Assembly: GCF_006345805.1 (NCBI RefSeq)
Contig: NC_043008.1
Location: 75,268,001-75,332,000, forward strand
DNA: 64,000 nt
DNA from: Octopus sinensis
Taxonomy: Eukaryota
Direction: 5' to 3'
In this document: positions 49,765 to 62,640 of the stretch, piece after piece
How the letters are laid out: each line of letters starts with the position of its first letter
Position numbering within the stretch: position 1 is the first letter of the stretch
Notes under the pieces: generated by a model
What the model saw: the letters and a program-made list of their open reading frames with translations, nothing else
Told to the model about the DNA's origin: nothing
Database searches by the model: none
Made by a program: the position numbers and the translations under genes

Positions 49765-49844
49765 CAAAGTAAAATTGCAAGGTACCGCACGAGCGGAAAT
49801 ATATATAAAAGAAGGTTTGAAAATGCAATTTTAAAAATGTTTAT

Positions 49845-49890
49845 TCACTTGACCGGTTTCACTTGTTTATAAAAAGATTCTCAAAAGTAA
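49845..49890 (-). ncRNA. Degenerate type I HHR-like motif (U3-A8 variant)
   Basis: UUACUU-UUGAGAA-UCUUUUUAUAAACAAGU-GAAAC-CG-GUC-AAGUGA. Stem II is imperfect. Confidence 0.45.
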
Positions 49891-50778
49891 AATGTAAATC
49901 TTTGTTGTGTTAAGTACTCGTTATCACAAAAGTATTAAAATACAGTTATACATTCTTTGATAATAATAAGAAAATGTTAAAAACTGTTTACAAGAAAGTA
50001 TTTAAGAAATTATTCAGAACGGGACTACAAAAAGTATTATGAGTTCAATAAAAATCAGACCGATATGAAATGATAATAAAATATTAATAAGTTATAATAA
50101 AACAATAAATTATAAAATTTTTATAAAACAGAAAATATATTCTTTGAGAAAACATAACAGGATTCATGTGAACTTCAGTGATAAAGCCTTGCACAGCATA
50201 TTTCTGTTCCAAACGAGGAATATATAGTGAAAGACTGACAGCCATCTTCATGGAATCAAATATTCAAGTGGATGACAGCATTAAGAATATGGAAGAAGTT
50301 CTCAGCTATAGCCATGCGGGATTTATCAATTTCAAAAAGTCAAACTTGTGATCAGATATTTTTCAATGACGTCAAACTTTTAAGATTTTATTGAAAGAAA
50401 GAAAGAAAAATAGTTGACGTAGTTATAAATCTAACTGACATTTTACATTTTGAAGAATTAGGTTAAAAGCGATGTCAGATATACATCTAACGTATTTAAA
50501 AGAAACTATACGCACTGGTTATTAGCACACCCAATTTCTAGATTTTGAAGAAGGAAGAAAATGTAGTAGTTAACATCTTGGCGGTGGTAATGGTTGAGGG
50601 GAGAAGGGCGAGAGAATTAAGTCTTTGATTTTTATCCAGTAAAGTACATTTTAGAATAAATAAAAGGAAAACGTAATCGGCATTTAATAGTTGTCTATAG
50701 TTTTGATAAAATGTTTTCAATACACACGCATTTAAACACCCAGATGTTGAAAATGTACATACATATATACATATATTC

Positions 50779-50858
<80 letters not shown>

Positions 50859-52169
50859 GTGCATGTATGCATACATACATATATATGCACGTGTTTGTAT
50901 GTGTACATTAGGTCCTTACTTTTAACTGTATATTCTTGCAGTGTGAAGGTGGGCTAAAATCGTTTGGTCCAGCGACAGAAAGATATATATATATATATAG
51001 AGAGAGAAAGATAGCCAGGGAGTAAGAAAAAGCAAAAGGAAAGGAGAAAGAAAGTATTGATAAAGTGGAAGAAGAAAGAAAGTAGAAAGAAAAGAGCGAA
51101 AGGCAGCCAGCTGCAGATTTCCTTTGTAAATTGAAGTACCAACTCACTTTGTAAATGCGTTTTAAGAGTGAAAAGGAGATTTAGTTGGGGAAATTATAGA
51201 CATTTATACCTACACACGTGATCTAGCCTCTCTTTCTGGCTATGGTACATAAATAAAGGTATTTCTTTGATGAGTTAATTGGCACAATTACGTTATATTA
51301 GTTGCTAGTGTGAAGACCTTATTTAAAAAAAATATATTTCCGTCTATATGAAGAGGTGCAGACATTCTGTTTGTCTGTCTCTTTTGCTTTCTCTCCTCTG
51401 CATAGATATTAAGAAAATCTAGGTGTGAGGGATGCGCGAAAGTCACAATATTTAATGAGAATATTTAATGTGTTTTGCTGAATATGTACATGTATTGAAC
51501 AACTGTAACCGATAGATGTGAAGACTAGTAGATAAATGACTGAATGCTAACTGCCAGCTATCGTCGTTATCTCGCTGCTACATAGGTATTCTAGTAAATT
51601 AATCTTGCCTAGATTGGCTGAAATACTTGTAACATTTCATACCATGTCCAGAAGCAATTCAATGTTATGAGAAAACACATTATGCAATTACTTTTTTGAT
51701 GTCTGTTTCAAGATAAACCTTCATATGGCACACTGATTATAAAGAAATTATTTTAATGTAATAATCCTGGTTTTTTTTTTACCCTTTTCTTCCACATATA
51801 ATGTGCCCGAAAGATTCATCTTTTTATCAGGTCTTGTCTCACTTGTTCAGTGGATGAAATTATATGCGTGTCATTTGCGTGAAGTTCGGGAAATGGTTAA
51901 GTGGGGCAAAATATACATTTGCTGATTTCCTGCTTTATTCTTACTACTTTTGAGACCATTGCATTGCAAATATCGCATCAGCATTTAGTACCGTTATACT
52001 GTCTTTGAGAATGAAAACTGGTCATCATAGTTATTGTTATTGAAGTTGAGAGAGTTTGAAATATAAGTTACGTGAAAGGTATATTTTTCTTGAAAATTTT
52101 CTTCGACCTTGATCTGGATATATTTTGATGTTAAACAATCAAGTTCTGTATTTAAGAGAAGAGGAATTA

Positions 52170-52325
52170 TATACGTTATATACGTTATTTACATTTGACG
52201 GATATTTGTTCTCATCTTCTTTATTGTTAACACAACGTATCGGGTGATATATCCCCAGCATTCATCAGGTGTCTTGGGGCAATTTCGAACCTGTGTTCTC
52301 ATTCCTAAGGTATTTTTCGATGTTG
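52170..52325 (-). mobile_element. Tail of the HHR-bearing SINE (motif 52229-52273)
   Basis: Reverse complement of 59400-59553. GACAC-CUGAUGA-AUGCUG..CACCC-GAUAC-GUU-GUGUU. Confidence 0.8.
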
Positions 52326-52408
52326 TTGTTGGTGCTGTGGTTGTTGTTGTTGTTGTTGTTGTTGTTCTTCTTCTTCTTCTTCTTCTTTCTTCTTCTTCTT
52401 CTTCTTCC

Positions 52409-52477
<69 letters not shown>

Positions 52478-52485
52478 CATCATTC

Positions 52486-54925
52486 AGTAGTTTTATTTTT
52501 ATAACGTGCTTTCAGTTCACTACCGAGCGCAGCTCTGTGTGCCTTGGGTATGTGCTGTGATTTGTTGTGATGCTCTGATGGTTACTGTATTGAAAGCGTT
52601 CTGCGTAAGATGTGTGCGGTGCATAGTAGTACAATTTTCTGTATGTTATATGTGTTTGTAAGTCCTGCTGTTTTTCTTATGTATTTGTCTGAATATTTTA
52701 TTATCATGCCTAATGCACGTACTATGATAGGAATTGATTCTGTTTTTAGATTCCACATTCTAGTTACCTCTATTTCCAGGTCTTTGTATTTTGAAAGTTT
52801 CCACATTTCTTTTAGAGAAACGTTGTCATCTGTGGGTATTGATACATCAATTAGAAAGCATTTTTTCTTCATGATCTCTGACAACTACATCTGGTCTGTT
52901 GGCCTTAATTTTTCTGTCTGTGTGTATTGGCATATCCCAGGTTATGGTTGCTTTCTCGTTTTCTGTGACTTTTTTGCGTGTGCCTATACCATCTTTTTTC
53001 TATTGTTATTCCATAATGTTGGTATAGCTTCCAGTGTATGTAGGTCCTAACTCTTCTTAGCCAGGACTGGGCAGCCAGAGATAATATTATTTATTGTTTC
53101 TTGTCCATCTCCACATATTCTGCAGTTACTTGTTATATTTATTTTCATTACATGTTTTTGGTAATTTCTGGTGGTGAGGTTTTGGTCTTGTGCTGCAATT
53201 AAAAATCCCTCTGTCTCTGCTTTGAGTCCTGAGCTTCTCAACCATTGCTGGGATTTTGTTTTGTCTATTTCTTTTGCATTTAGTTTAGTCCAGTACTTGC
53301 CATGGAGGGGCTTTTCTTGCCATCATTTTATCATGGTCCGTTGTTGTTCTAGTTTTAGTTTTGATTTCATTTGCTTTATAGCTTTTGTTGTGTTTTCTTC
53401 TTCTTCTACATATTTGTTAGGTGGTATGATTTCTTGTTTGTATTTGTCAGCTTCCTTAAATACTGAGTACAACCTTTTGTTTTGCTCGTGTTTTTGCCGC
53501 TATTTGTATCAGTTTTCCTTGCTTCTGAAGTAGGTATTTTTGCAGTCCTATGGTAGTTATTTTATAGTAGGTTTCCAGTTTTATAAGGCCTCTACCACCT
53601 TCTATACGTTGTATATATAGCCTTTTTATGTCAGATTTTGTGTGATGCATCCTAGATCCTGTCATTATTTTTCTTGTTTTCCTATCTATTTTGGTTAGTT
53701 CATTTAGCGTCCAGTTAAGGATATTGTAGCTGTAGCTTATAACTGGGACGGCTAAAGTGTTAATAACTATTATATTGTTTTTAGCATTGGGCTCTGTTTC
53801 TAGTATTGATCTAACTCGTCTATAGTATTCTTTATTTATGTTCTCTTTCATTTGTGTGTGTTATGTCTTATCTAGTTCATGAATTCCTAAATATTTGTAA
53901 GTTTGTCTTTGGTCTAGTTTTCATTGGCTTTATCTAGTGTGATGTGCTACTCTTAACTACTTTTTCTCTTTTCGGGGTTACTTTGGTGCATTCTTCTAAT
54001 CCAAATTTGATATCTATTTCTTTGGTGAATCCATGAACTGTCTTTGGTAGTGTTTCAAGGTGTTTGTCATTTGCAGTGTATAGTTTTAGGTCATCCATAT
54101 ATAAAAGGTGGCTGATCGTTTTGCCGTAACATTTATATTCGCATCCAGTTCTATTTAGCATATCTGATAGAGGTGTCAGTGCCAAGCAGAAAAGGAGTGG
54201 AGAGAGCGTGTCTCCCTGGAATATTGCTCTTCTAATGGGGATGGCTTTGGTTTTCAGGAGTCCCTCATTTGTTTGGAGCTGTAGCACTGTTTGCCATTTA
54301 TTCATAGAGTGTCCTTTGTATTTTATAATTGTTGGTGCTACTTTGTTAATGGCTAGTGTTTCGAGGATCCATGTGTGGGGGATGCTATCAAACGCCTTTC
54401 TGTAGTCGATCTAGGCCATTCTGAGACCTTTCTTCTTTCTGTGGCTGTCTTCAGTTATGGCTTTATTGATCATTAGTTGATCTTTACAGCCAATATGAGC
54501 CTTTGCGGCATCCGTTCTGCTCTTCAGGGAACAGTTTGTTTTCGTCCAGGTGCTTGTTCAACCTTTGCGATATCACTGCAGTAAATGCCTTGAAAATTGT
54601 AGGGAGGCAGGTTATTGGTCCGTAGTTTTCTGGTTTTGCTGCCTCATTTGATTTGGGAATTAATATGGTTTTTCCCTTCGTGAGCCATTCAGGCATTACC
54701 TCTGGCTCTGCCAGTATGTTGTTAAAGTTTTCAGTCAGCTTTTTGTGCATTCCTGTCAGATATTTCAACCAGAGGTTGGGATCTTGTCATGCCCAGGACC
54801 CTTCCAGTTGCTTAATCTTTGCAGTGGCTGGTTGACCTCTTCAGTCGTTATGGGGGTCCAAAGTTGCTCAGATGCTGAGTTTGTTGTTTTAATACACCTT
54901 TGATTTGGTTGTTCTTTCGCCGAGA
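52486..54925 (-). mobile_element. 5'-truncated R4/Dong LINE, same subfamily as 23400-27369
   Basis: Near-identical 3' UTR (cagtagttttatttttata.cgtgctttca). RT, CCHC and RLE motifs broken by frameshifts. Confidence 0.92.
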
Positions 54926-54979
54926 ATATTCCATATATTATTATTATTATTATTATTATTAATATTATTATTATTATTA

Positions 54980-55035
<56 letters not shown>

Positions 55036-55037
<2 letters not shown>

Positions 55038-58000
55038 TATATTTGACTTTTGCTTTATATTTGTACAAGTTGGCTCCAAGTCTCACCCAGAGACCTCAAG
55101 AGAAAACAGGTAGGAAGATCGTGTTGTTGTTGTACCTAGTGTCCCATATATTTGGTTTTGTATTTAGCGTTGTACTAGTGAATGTCTAAAAAAACGAAAA
55201 TTATGTTTGTATTAAAACTTGAGATTACATACAAAGTATTTTGCGTAGGATATGAGCAGTTCCCATGAGCACTATCTTTAGAATTTCTGACATTTTGGGG
55301 TTTCCTGGTAATTGAGTTAGGTAGCGATCAGCCCCTTTTGCTATCATTCCCATGGCACCTATGACAACAGGTATTGTTTTAGTCTTCAGGTTCCACATTT
55401 TTCTGATTTCTATTTCAAGATCTTTATATTTGCTCAGTTTTTGGTAGGTCTTGACAGATACGTTTATATCGATTGGAACAGTCATATACATGAGGGGGCA
55501 TGTTCTTTGTTTGAAGTCTTTCAATGTGATGTCTGGCCTATTTGCATCTATCTTTCTGTCAGTTTGAATGGGGAAGTTCCAGAGGAGTGAGATGTGGTCA
55601 TTTTCAAGCACTGGAGGTGGTTCGCGTTCCCACCAGATTTTTTCATGGGGCAAGACCAGGGTTTTGCAGATTACCCAGTGAATATATTGTGCAGCTCTAT
55701 CATGCCTGTTGAGATACTCTGTAGACGCTAGAAGACTGCACTTGGAGACAACATGATCAATGGTTTCATTTTGTTGTTGACATACTCGACATGTTGGTCT
55801 AATGCCGTTCTTTAATATGTTGGCCTGGTAGTTCCTTGTAGGTAGGCACTGACCTTGAGCTGCTATGATTAAACCCTTCTGTTTCAGATTTTAAGCCAGA
55901 GGCCATTAGCCATTGATGGGTCAGGGCTTTGTCAACATCTTCATTATTCGCTCTCTTTGGGTATTTGCCATAGAGAGGTTTTTCTTGCCATTTATCATTC
56001 AGAATATCTAAGGCAGCTGTTTTAGCACGGGTTTTCATGCGTTTAGCTTTTTCTGTGCTTGTTTCTTGCATGTCTAATGCCGAAATTTGTTATATTCGGA
56101 ATTCACTTAGATATTCCTTGCCTGTTTTGTTACCGAGTATGATGCTTTCTTGTTTTCATGTTTTGAGACAAGTTTTAACATCCAGTTATCAGAGTTTTTC
56201 AGGTAGGTGTCTAGGCCAATTGTAGCAATCTTCATTGTTATTGCCAGTTGTAAAAGTCCACGGCCTTCCTCTTTTCTTGACAGATAAAGTCGTTCTATAT
56301 CTGCCTTAGCGTGGTGCATTCTATGCATTGTCAACAGCTTTCGTATTTTTCTGTCAAGATTACATATTTTAGTAATTGACCAGTTAACGATATTGAAACT
56401 GTAAGTCACGACTGGTATGGCTAAAGCATTGATCGCTTCGATACTGTTTCTCGTATTCAGCTCTGTCTTGAGTATTGCTCTTACTCTGCGATAACATTCT
56501 CTCCTGATCCTTTTCTTCATCACTGAATGCCTTATTCCGTCCCCTTCAATTACCCCTAGGTACTTGTAGCTCTCCGCTGGGTCTAATTCTTTCATGACAT
56601 TCTGCTGGTCGAGGTAAACGTTAGATGTTTCTATCATTTTTCCTTTGATAAAGGTAGCTTTTGCACATTTATCGAGGCCAAATTGCATTCTGATGTCATC
56701 ATTGAATTGTTTAACAATCGCTAGTAAGCCCTTGAGTTGTTGGTCATTTTTTGCATAGAGCTTTAAATCATCCATGTAAATGAGATGTTTATATTTTTAT
56801 CCAACATTTTAAATCCGTACTGCGCGTCATTGAGCAATTTCGAGAGAGGTATTAAGGCTAAACAAAAGAGGAGTGGTGATAGTGAGTCACCCTGGAAATG
56901 CCACATGAAATTTGTACATCACCAGCATTTAGAGATTCATTGTCACTGTTCAAAGTTAGTGTGGTTCTCCATGATCTCATACTTACAGACAAAACGTTTC
57001 GCAGAGTAGGTGCTATTTTATACATTTCCAGGCATTTCTTAATCCAGCTTTTTATAGTCGATTCAGGCTATTGACAAGTTTTTATATCGTTTGTGACAAT
57101 CTTCTAAGATCATCGTATTGATGAGTAGTTGATCTTTACAACCATAGGATCCGCGTTTACATCCTTTCTGTTCATTAGGGAATATGCTGCTGTATGTTAA
57201 AAAACTATAGGTATATTCCGTCAGGACAGATGTTAGCGTTTTATACATAGTTGTTAAGTAGGTTATGGATCTATAGTTTTTTGGTTCATTTGTTTCTTCA
57301 CTTTTTGGAAGCAAGAATGTAAATCCATTAACTAGCCAAGGAGGCATCCTACTAGGGTGTTGCAAAACATCATTGTAAAGTTCTGCTAGCAGTTCATGGC
57401 TTTCTGGGAAGGCATTCAACCAGAAGTTAGGAATTTTATCCATTTCTGAAGACTTCGATTTGCTTGACCTCCTGAGAGCAGATCTTATATCTTCTACCTT
57501 GACACCCACCCACTTTTGCTCTTCTAGGGAGTCCAGTTCTGTAGATATTATATCAATCCAGGGGAGCTTTTCGTTGTGTGTTTTTTCTTCTGGCCAAATT
57601 TTATTCCAAAATCCCTGCATTTCTTCTATTCATATTACAGGCTTTACAGTAACTGGTGTTTTTCCTATCTTCCTGTAAACATTTTTGAGGTTATTTTTGA
57701 ACATGTTGTCCTTGAAGAATCTCACACGCTTTTCATACCTCGCTATGCGGGCAGCTTTAGCAGATACCTTTTACTTGATGGTTTCTATAGTGGCATCAAT
57801 ATCAAGTATAGTTTTCATATATTTTTCCATTAATTTTGGGGTTTTTTGTAGGTTTGGTAGTCTTGTCAACCTTAAGGTTTTTCAAATATTCAATGTCAGA
57901 CCTTAATAGTTTAATTTGTTGTCGGATACGCTCTTGCCAAAAAGGCTTTTTATGGGAATGTTGCCGTATTCTATTCGTTTCACCACATAAAATCGTTGAG

Positions 58001-58894
58001 GTTTTCGCGGATGCGTAGTACAGGTGGTTGAGATCTATGATATCAACATCATTAGCTGAAATTTTACCAATTATTTTCATGTTTTGTTTAGAGTTGTGGA
58101 TTTTTGGGAGTGTTTCGCATTCATCCATACTGGTTTCTTTAATTTTCAGACATTCAATCATGATTTGATTTTTTAGCTCATGTAGTTATGTTGGGTCAAT
58201 ATTTGTGTGACTTTCTTCATCTGTTTGATGTTCATTTGTCTTAATGTTTATGATTAGTTCAGGGAGTATTTCACTTTGCCTATCACTTATACTAACTCAA
58301 TCAATCCTTGCTGCGTTTTTATCAGCCCTGGGCTGGTCTATAATTATTTCCTCTGTATTATCTTCTTTAGCTGCAGCTTCGTTCATTTTATCCGTTACTG
58401 CTTGTCTAATTTGGTCAATTTCGACTTCAGTCAGTAATTTTTATTTATAATGTTTCTTCTGATGTTGGCAAGCTTGTTACTGTCTATGTAGGGTCATGCT
58501 TCAGGGTGTTTTTGTCTCCAGTTTAAGTATGTTTGTACAGTGTTAGATTTATCTGTGGGGAAATATATGGCATGGTAGAAGGCCGCAAGAACGTCTTTAT
58601 TATCTTCCCGAGACCATTTTTATTTCTTTTTCTTTTGATTATTTGTTGACGGGCATGGATGGCCATCTGTTGGAATATTCCGGTTGTGGGGTACGTCCGG
58701 CTCCGGTCTGTCGGGAAGATTTGAACTAGTAGCTGATTTTTCAATCAGAATTTGGTTCAATTTTCGGGTACGTGGTCTTTTGTAATCCGCTCGATGACCA
58801 TTTTTTGTGGTGTTTTTTAATCTTATGAAAGGTCCACTCTGCCTGTGTTAGTTCGAAAATATGAGAATAAAATACGAAAAAAAAGGATCTGTCA

Positions 58895-58895
<1 letters not shown>
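55036..58895 (-). mobile_element. Near full-length R4/Dong LINE, second subfamily (same as 8330-9130)
   Basis: NYRSIT, CKRGSYGCKDQL, MDDLKLY, RPDITL, KLSKYKDLEIEI. (ATT)n on both sides. Confidence 0.92.
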
Positions 58896-58953
<58 letters not shown>

Positions 58954-59286
58954 CACTACCATTATTATTATCACCACCATTATCATCATCCTCAATGATT
59001 TTATTGTTTTATGTGTAGTCGCAGCAGTTGTTGCAGCATCAGCAACAGTAACGTAGGTAAGGGTGGTAGTTGGGCCTCAGATTCCTGTGCTGTCATAATA
59101 GTAGCAGTAGTGGTATTGCAGCACTAAGTAGCATTAAGTATTAGCAGCAGTAGCCTATTGTTATTATTTTTATCATTATCACCATCACCACCACTACTAC
59201 CATTGTTTGATGGAATAGTTGGTTAGCATTTGGTAAAGAGGTCATGTTCTATATGGTCTTTAAATAGATTTAGCAGATGGTGAATA

Positions 59287-59343
59287 TGGCGTAGTGGTTA
59301 AGAGCTACTAACCCCAATATTCGAGTTCGATTCCAGGAAGTGA

Positions 59344-59403
<60 letters not shown>

Positions 59404-59553
59404 CATCGAAAAATACTTTAGGAATGGGAACCCTGGTTCGAAATTTCCCCAAGATACCTGATGCCGGCTGGAGGGTATATCAACCGAAACGTTGTGTTAA
59501 CAACAAACAAGATGTGGACAAATATCCGTCAAATGTAAATAATGTAAATAATT
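59287..59553 (+). mobile_element. tRNA-headed SINE with internal (AAT)n and an HHR-like tail (motif 59453-59498)
   Basis: A box TGGCGTAGTGG at 59287-59297, B box GAGTTCGATTCC at 59323-59334, (AAT)n, then GAUAC-CUGAUGC-CGGCUG..CAACC-GAAAC-GUU-GUGUU. Confidence 0.8.
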
Positions 59554-60694
59554 AAACAATCAATATTCCTTTCTCCAAGTCAATTTTTTCCAACATTTGT
59601 CTAATTTAATAATTTTCAAATTTCCAAAATATGATGTCTAAAGTGGAGTAAAATGAGTAAAGTCTAATTTCATATATCCCTGCTATTTAACGGCATGGTG
59701 CATAAATATGCCAAGAAGAGAGTCACTCCAGCAGATCGTGATGCATCTATACAGAATATATTATGTTCAATTTCTACATTTAGTCGAGCTTCTTCAATTC
59801 CATATCTTGTACTATTTTTCTATGATACTATTTCAGTTGACAAATTATTTAAATTTTTGCTTCTGATGTCTAAGGATGGATAGTGATGGGTATGAGTTTG
59901 TTTTCAGATGTAATTTTAAAGACGTGAAAAAACAGATTTCCATTATTTATAAGCTAATATAGTTCCTGTAAGGTAGAGGAAAAATGTAAAGAAACTTTTT
60001 AAAGTAAAAAAAAAATGCAGAAAAATATTACTCATTGTACCCCACCATTATTACTAGTCCCTTTGAAACAAAACACCACAGATAATGCCATTTCACGTTA
60101 GTATACACATTATGTGTATATACGATTACACGACTATAACACCATACCCAACTGAACATATACATACACACACAAACACACACACACACACTCGCCTGAA
60201 TATATATTAAAGTATCAATATAGTTATACGAAATAGGGTGAGTGAATTCGTAATATTGGCTCAGTAGAGATACATATAAAAACATACACTTATGAAAAGA
60301 AACTACGTGAGAGAGAGAGAGAGAGGGGGGGGAGAGAGATGGTCAGTTTGAGACAACAGCTGATACACATTACTGTCAAAAAATATGCGAAACTTTTTAA
60401 TCAGTATTCTTGATTAATACCATTATACTTTATGGACATTGTGGACTTCGTGAAAGAGATCCTACAACTTTGCTTCTAATAAGAATGTTTTAATTAAGTA
60501 TACTTTGAAATATTTATTATGAAAGTATCTTAGGTAAAGTAATTAAAACATTGAAAGAAAATCTGATATGAGTAGCTATTTGAAAGCAAAGAAAAAAATC
60601 TTCATTAATCGTATGGAAATTATGAGAAGACACCTCGGCTCTAATGTATATAGAATGTGTTAAATCGCATTACCGGTAGCAATACTGATATATA

Positions 60695-60732
<38 letters not shown>

Positions 60733-60757
60733 ATATATATATATGCATATATATATG

Positions 60758-60843
<86 letters not shown>

Positions 60844-61749
60844 TACATATATACATACATATATATATATATATAGACACACATACACACACACACTCAC
60901 ACACACATATATATAGACACATATATACGAGTATATACATACTTTGATACACACACTCACGCGCGCGCACGCACACACACATATACATGACCATGTATAT
61001 ATACAGTATTGGCAATTATAATTCAGAGATGATGCTTATCAGTTTTTGTAAGCATTAGGAAGTGGAATTAAAATCACTGATAGAATTGATACATATTTCA
61101 TTGCCAGGGAGTTAGTTGATACGTTTTAAACAAATTCAATTTAGATATTGGGAATTCATAAAAGCTGATGAAGTTTTAAAACTGAATCATTAGCTAAAAC
61201 TACTTATAAATTCTTGTGAATTATATCACAAATCTTTGCATACATAGCATTATATCGTACATCTTTGAATAGCCACGTAATATTTGCTGGCAAAAAACTT
61301 CTAATTTGCAGCCAACACATTAAGAGTATCAGTAAATAAATACAATGGTTTGCAACATTTTGTGTATATTTTATCTGGATAGTACACTCTCATGGACATT
61401 GTACATACATGAGCATACTGTGTATGTGTGTATGTGTTTGTACATCGTTATATGTGTATGTATAATGACTAACGCATACGTTTCCATAATTCTCAACGGA
61501 TTTTCTCCAAACTTTACGTACACACATTAATTGTGTCCCAAGGATAGTCATGCGCTATAAAACTTCTCCGTAAATAGACATAGTTTTTTTGTATGTAGGG
61601 TCATCCAAACTTTTAAAATCTTTTTTATAAAAGTGAAAGGATTTTGTCTATTTATTCACATCGACTGTCCACTTGCAAGGTAACCCAGTCAGGAAACAGG
61701 ATTTGGAAGCTGTGATTTTGTTTTCATGTAAATAAATCATCATCATCAT

Positions 61750-62640
61750 CATCATCATTTAGCGTCCGTTTTCCATGCTAGCATGGGTTGGACGGTTCAA
61801 CTGGGGTCTGGGGAGCCCGAAGGCTGCACCAGGCCAGTCAGATCTGGCAGTGTTTCTACAGCTGGATGCCCTTCCTAACACCAACCACTCCGAGAGTGTA
61901 GTGGGTGATTTTATGTGCCACCGACACAGGTGCCAGACGAGGCTGGCGAACGGCCACGCTCGGATGGTGTTTTTATGTGCCACCGACACAGGTGCCAGAC
62001 GAGGCTGGCAGACGGCCACGCTCGGATGGTGTTTTTATGTGCCACCGACACAGGTGCCAGATGAGGCTGGCGGACGGCCACGATCGGATGGTGTTTGTTA
62101 CGTCCCCAAAGCACGGAGGCCAGTCTATGCGGTACTGGCTACGGCCACGTTCGGATGATTTTCTTGTGTGCCACCGGCACTGGTACCACAAAGATACAAA
62201 TTCCATTTATGTTCATCTATTTTGATTTGTTTTGATTTGATTTGATTTGATTTGATTTGATTTTCACTTGCCTCAACAGGCCTTCACAAGTGTCACAAGA
62301 AGGAAGGTATGCATAGGTGGACTGTCTACGTCGCCGGGTCTTCGGATGGTGTCTTTATGTGCCACCGACACAGGTGCCAGATGTGGCTGGCGAACGGCCA
62401 CGATCGGATGGTTTTCTTGTGTGCCACCGGTACTGGAACCACAAAGATACAAATTCCATTGATGTTCATCTATTTTGATTTGGTTTGATTTCACTTGCCT
62501 CAACAGGTCTTCACAAGTGTCACGCGTGTCACACACTTGCCTCAACAGGTCTCCACAAGTGTCACACACTTGCCTCTGCCTCAACAGGTCTTCACAAAGT
62601 GTCACACACTTGCCTCTGCCTCAACAGGTCTTCACAAAGA
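61750..62640 (-). mobile_element. SINE-like element with an RTE-type tail ending (GAT)n, containing 62-bp and ~35-bp minisatellites
   Basis: ctggatgcccttcctaac and ccatgctagcatgg. atgtgccacc recurs at 61913, 61975 and 62037. cacttgcctcaacaggtcttcacaagtgtca repeats at 62265-62640. Confidence 0.7.

Noticed and set aside
1380-61015. Dozens of ORF-track entries rich in YI, CV, HT, poly-I, poly-L or poly-T
   Set aside because: They are translations of (TA)n, (CA)n, (AAT)n and related microsatellites, not genes.
61900-62640. Regularly spaced repeats resembling a CRISPR array
   Set aside because: Units are contiguous with no unique spacers, the context is eukaryotic, and there are no cas genes.
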